A DNA stretch of 64,000 nt from NCBI RefSeq assembly GCF_018977255.1, contig NW_024704742.1, forward strand, positions 19,594,001 to 19,658,000, in the 5' to 3' direction. Every line of letters begins with the position of its first letter. The first letter of the stretch is position 1. Shown one piece after another: positions 63,722 to 64,000 of this stretch. This stretch comes from Callorhinchus milii. Lineage: Eukaryota. A model generated the notes under the pieces. That model saw only the letters and a list, made by a program, of their open reading frames with translations. It had not been told where the DNA came from and made no database searches. The position numbers and the translations under genes are program-made.

Positions 63722-64000
63722 CAACAACAACAACAACAACAACAAAATTACATTTATAGAGCGCCTTTCACGTCTGGAGGACATCCCAAAGCACTGAACA
63801 GTCAGGTGTTGGGGCCCGAGCTCGGGGGAGTCGTGATTTAGGGGTGAGGGAAGGCAGAGAGGTGGGAGGGCCATCAAAGTCACGATCGAAAAGAAGAGTC
63901 TTGAGACCGGCCTTGAAGGAGGCAGGGGAGGAAGCGATGGAGTTTCAGAGTGTGGGGACAGAGAGGCTGAAAGCCCGGCCACCGATGGTAGGGAGGGTCA
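63722..64000 (-). mobile_element. L2 LINE 3' end, runs off the window
   Basis: (aca)n microsatellite tail, gcgcctttcacgtc, gatcgaaaagaagagtcttgag. Confidence 0.85.

Noticed and set aside
1..64000. CRISPR arrays, operons or other prokaryotic systems
   Set aside because: The sequence is an intron-rich vertebrate locus; the recurring short motifs are dispersed retroposon tails, not regularly spaced repeats.

Overview
Vertebrate genomic DNA, AT-rich and repeat-dense. The repeat complement (L2 and CR1 LINEs, tRNA-headed Deu-domain SINEs, Penelope-derived elements) points to a cartilaginous fish, possibly a chimaera; this is inference. The main feature is a + strand relaxin-family peptide receptor gene, RXFP1-like (LDLa module, linker, LRRs, 7TM). 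I traced 17 phase-consistent GT-AG exons from 25344 to the stop at 58643 (~734 codons), equivalent to human RXFP1 exons 2-18. The 7TM half is strongly RXFP1-like, but several ectodomain residues used for ligand binding and activation have diverged. No signal-peptide first exon is visible. Instead, open, phase-compatible candidate exons (23328-23418, 24495-24665, possibly more upstream) suggest an unusual N-terminal extension. Three TSD-flanked, non-autonomous Penelope-like insertions carry hammerhead-ribozyme cores, and two of them are long palindromes inside the receptor introns. Two LF-SINE-like relics and a decayed tRNA-Gly copy are also present. Most ORFs in the supplied track are noise or retroelement debris. 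Repeat boundaries are read by eye and approximate.
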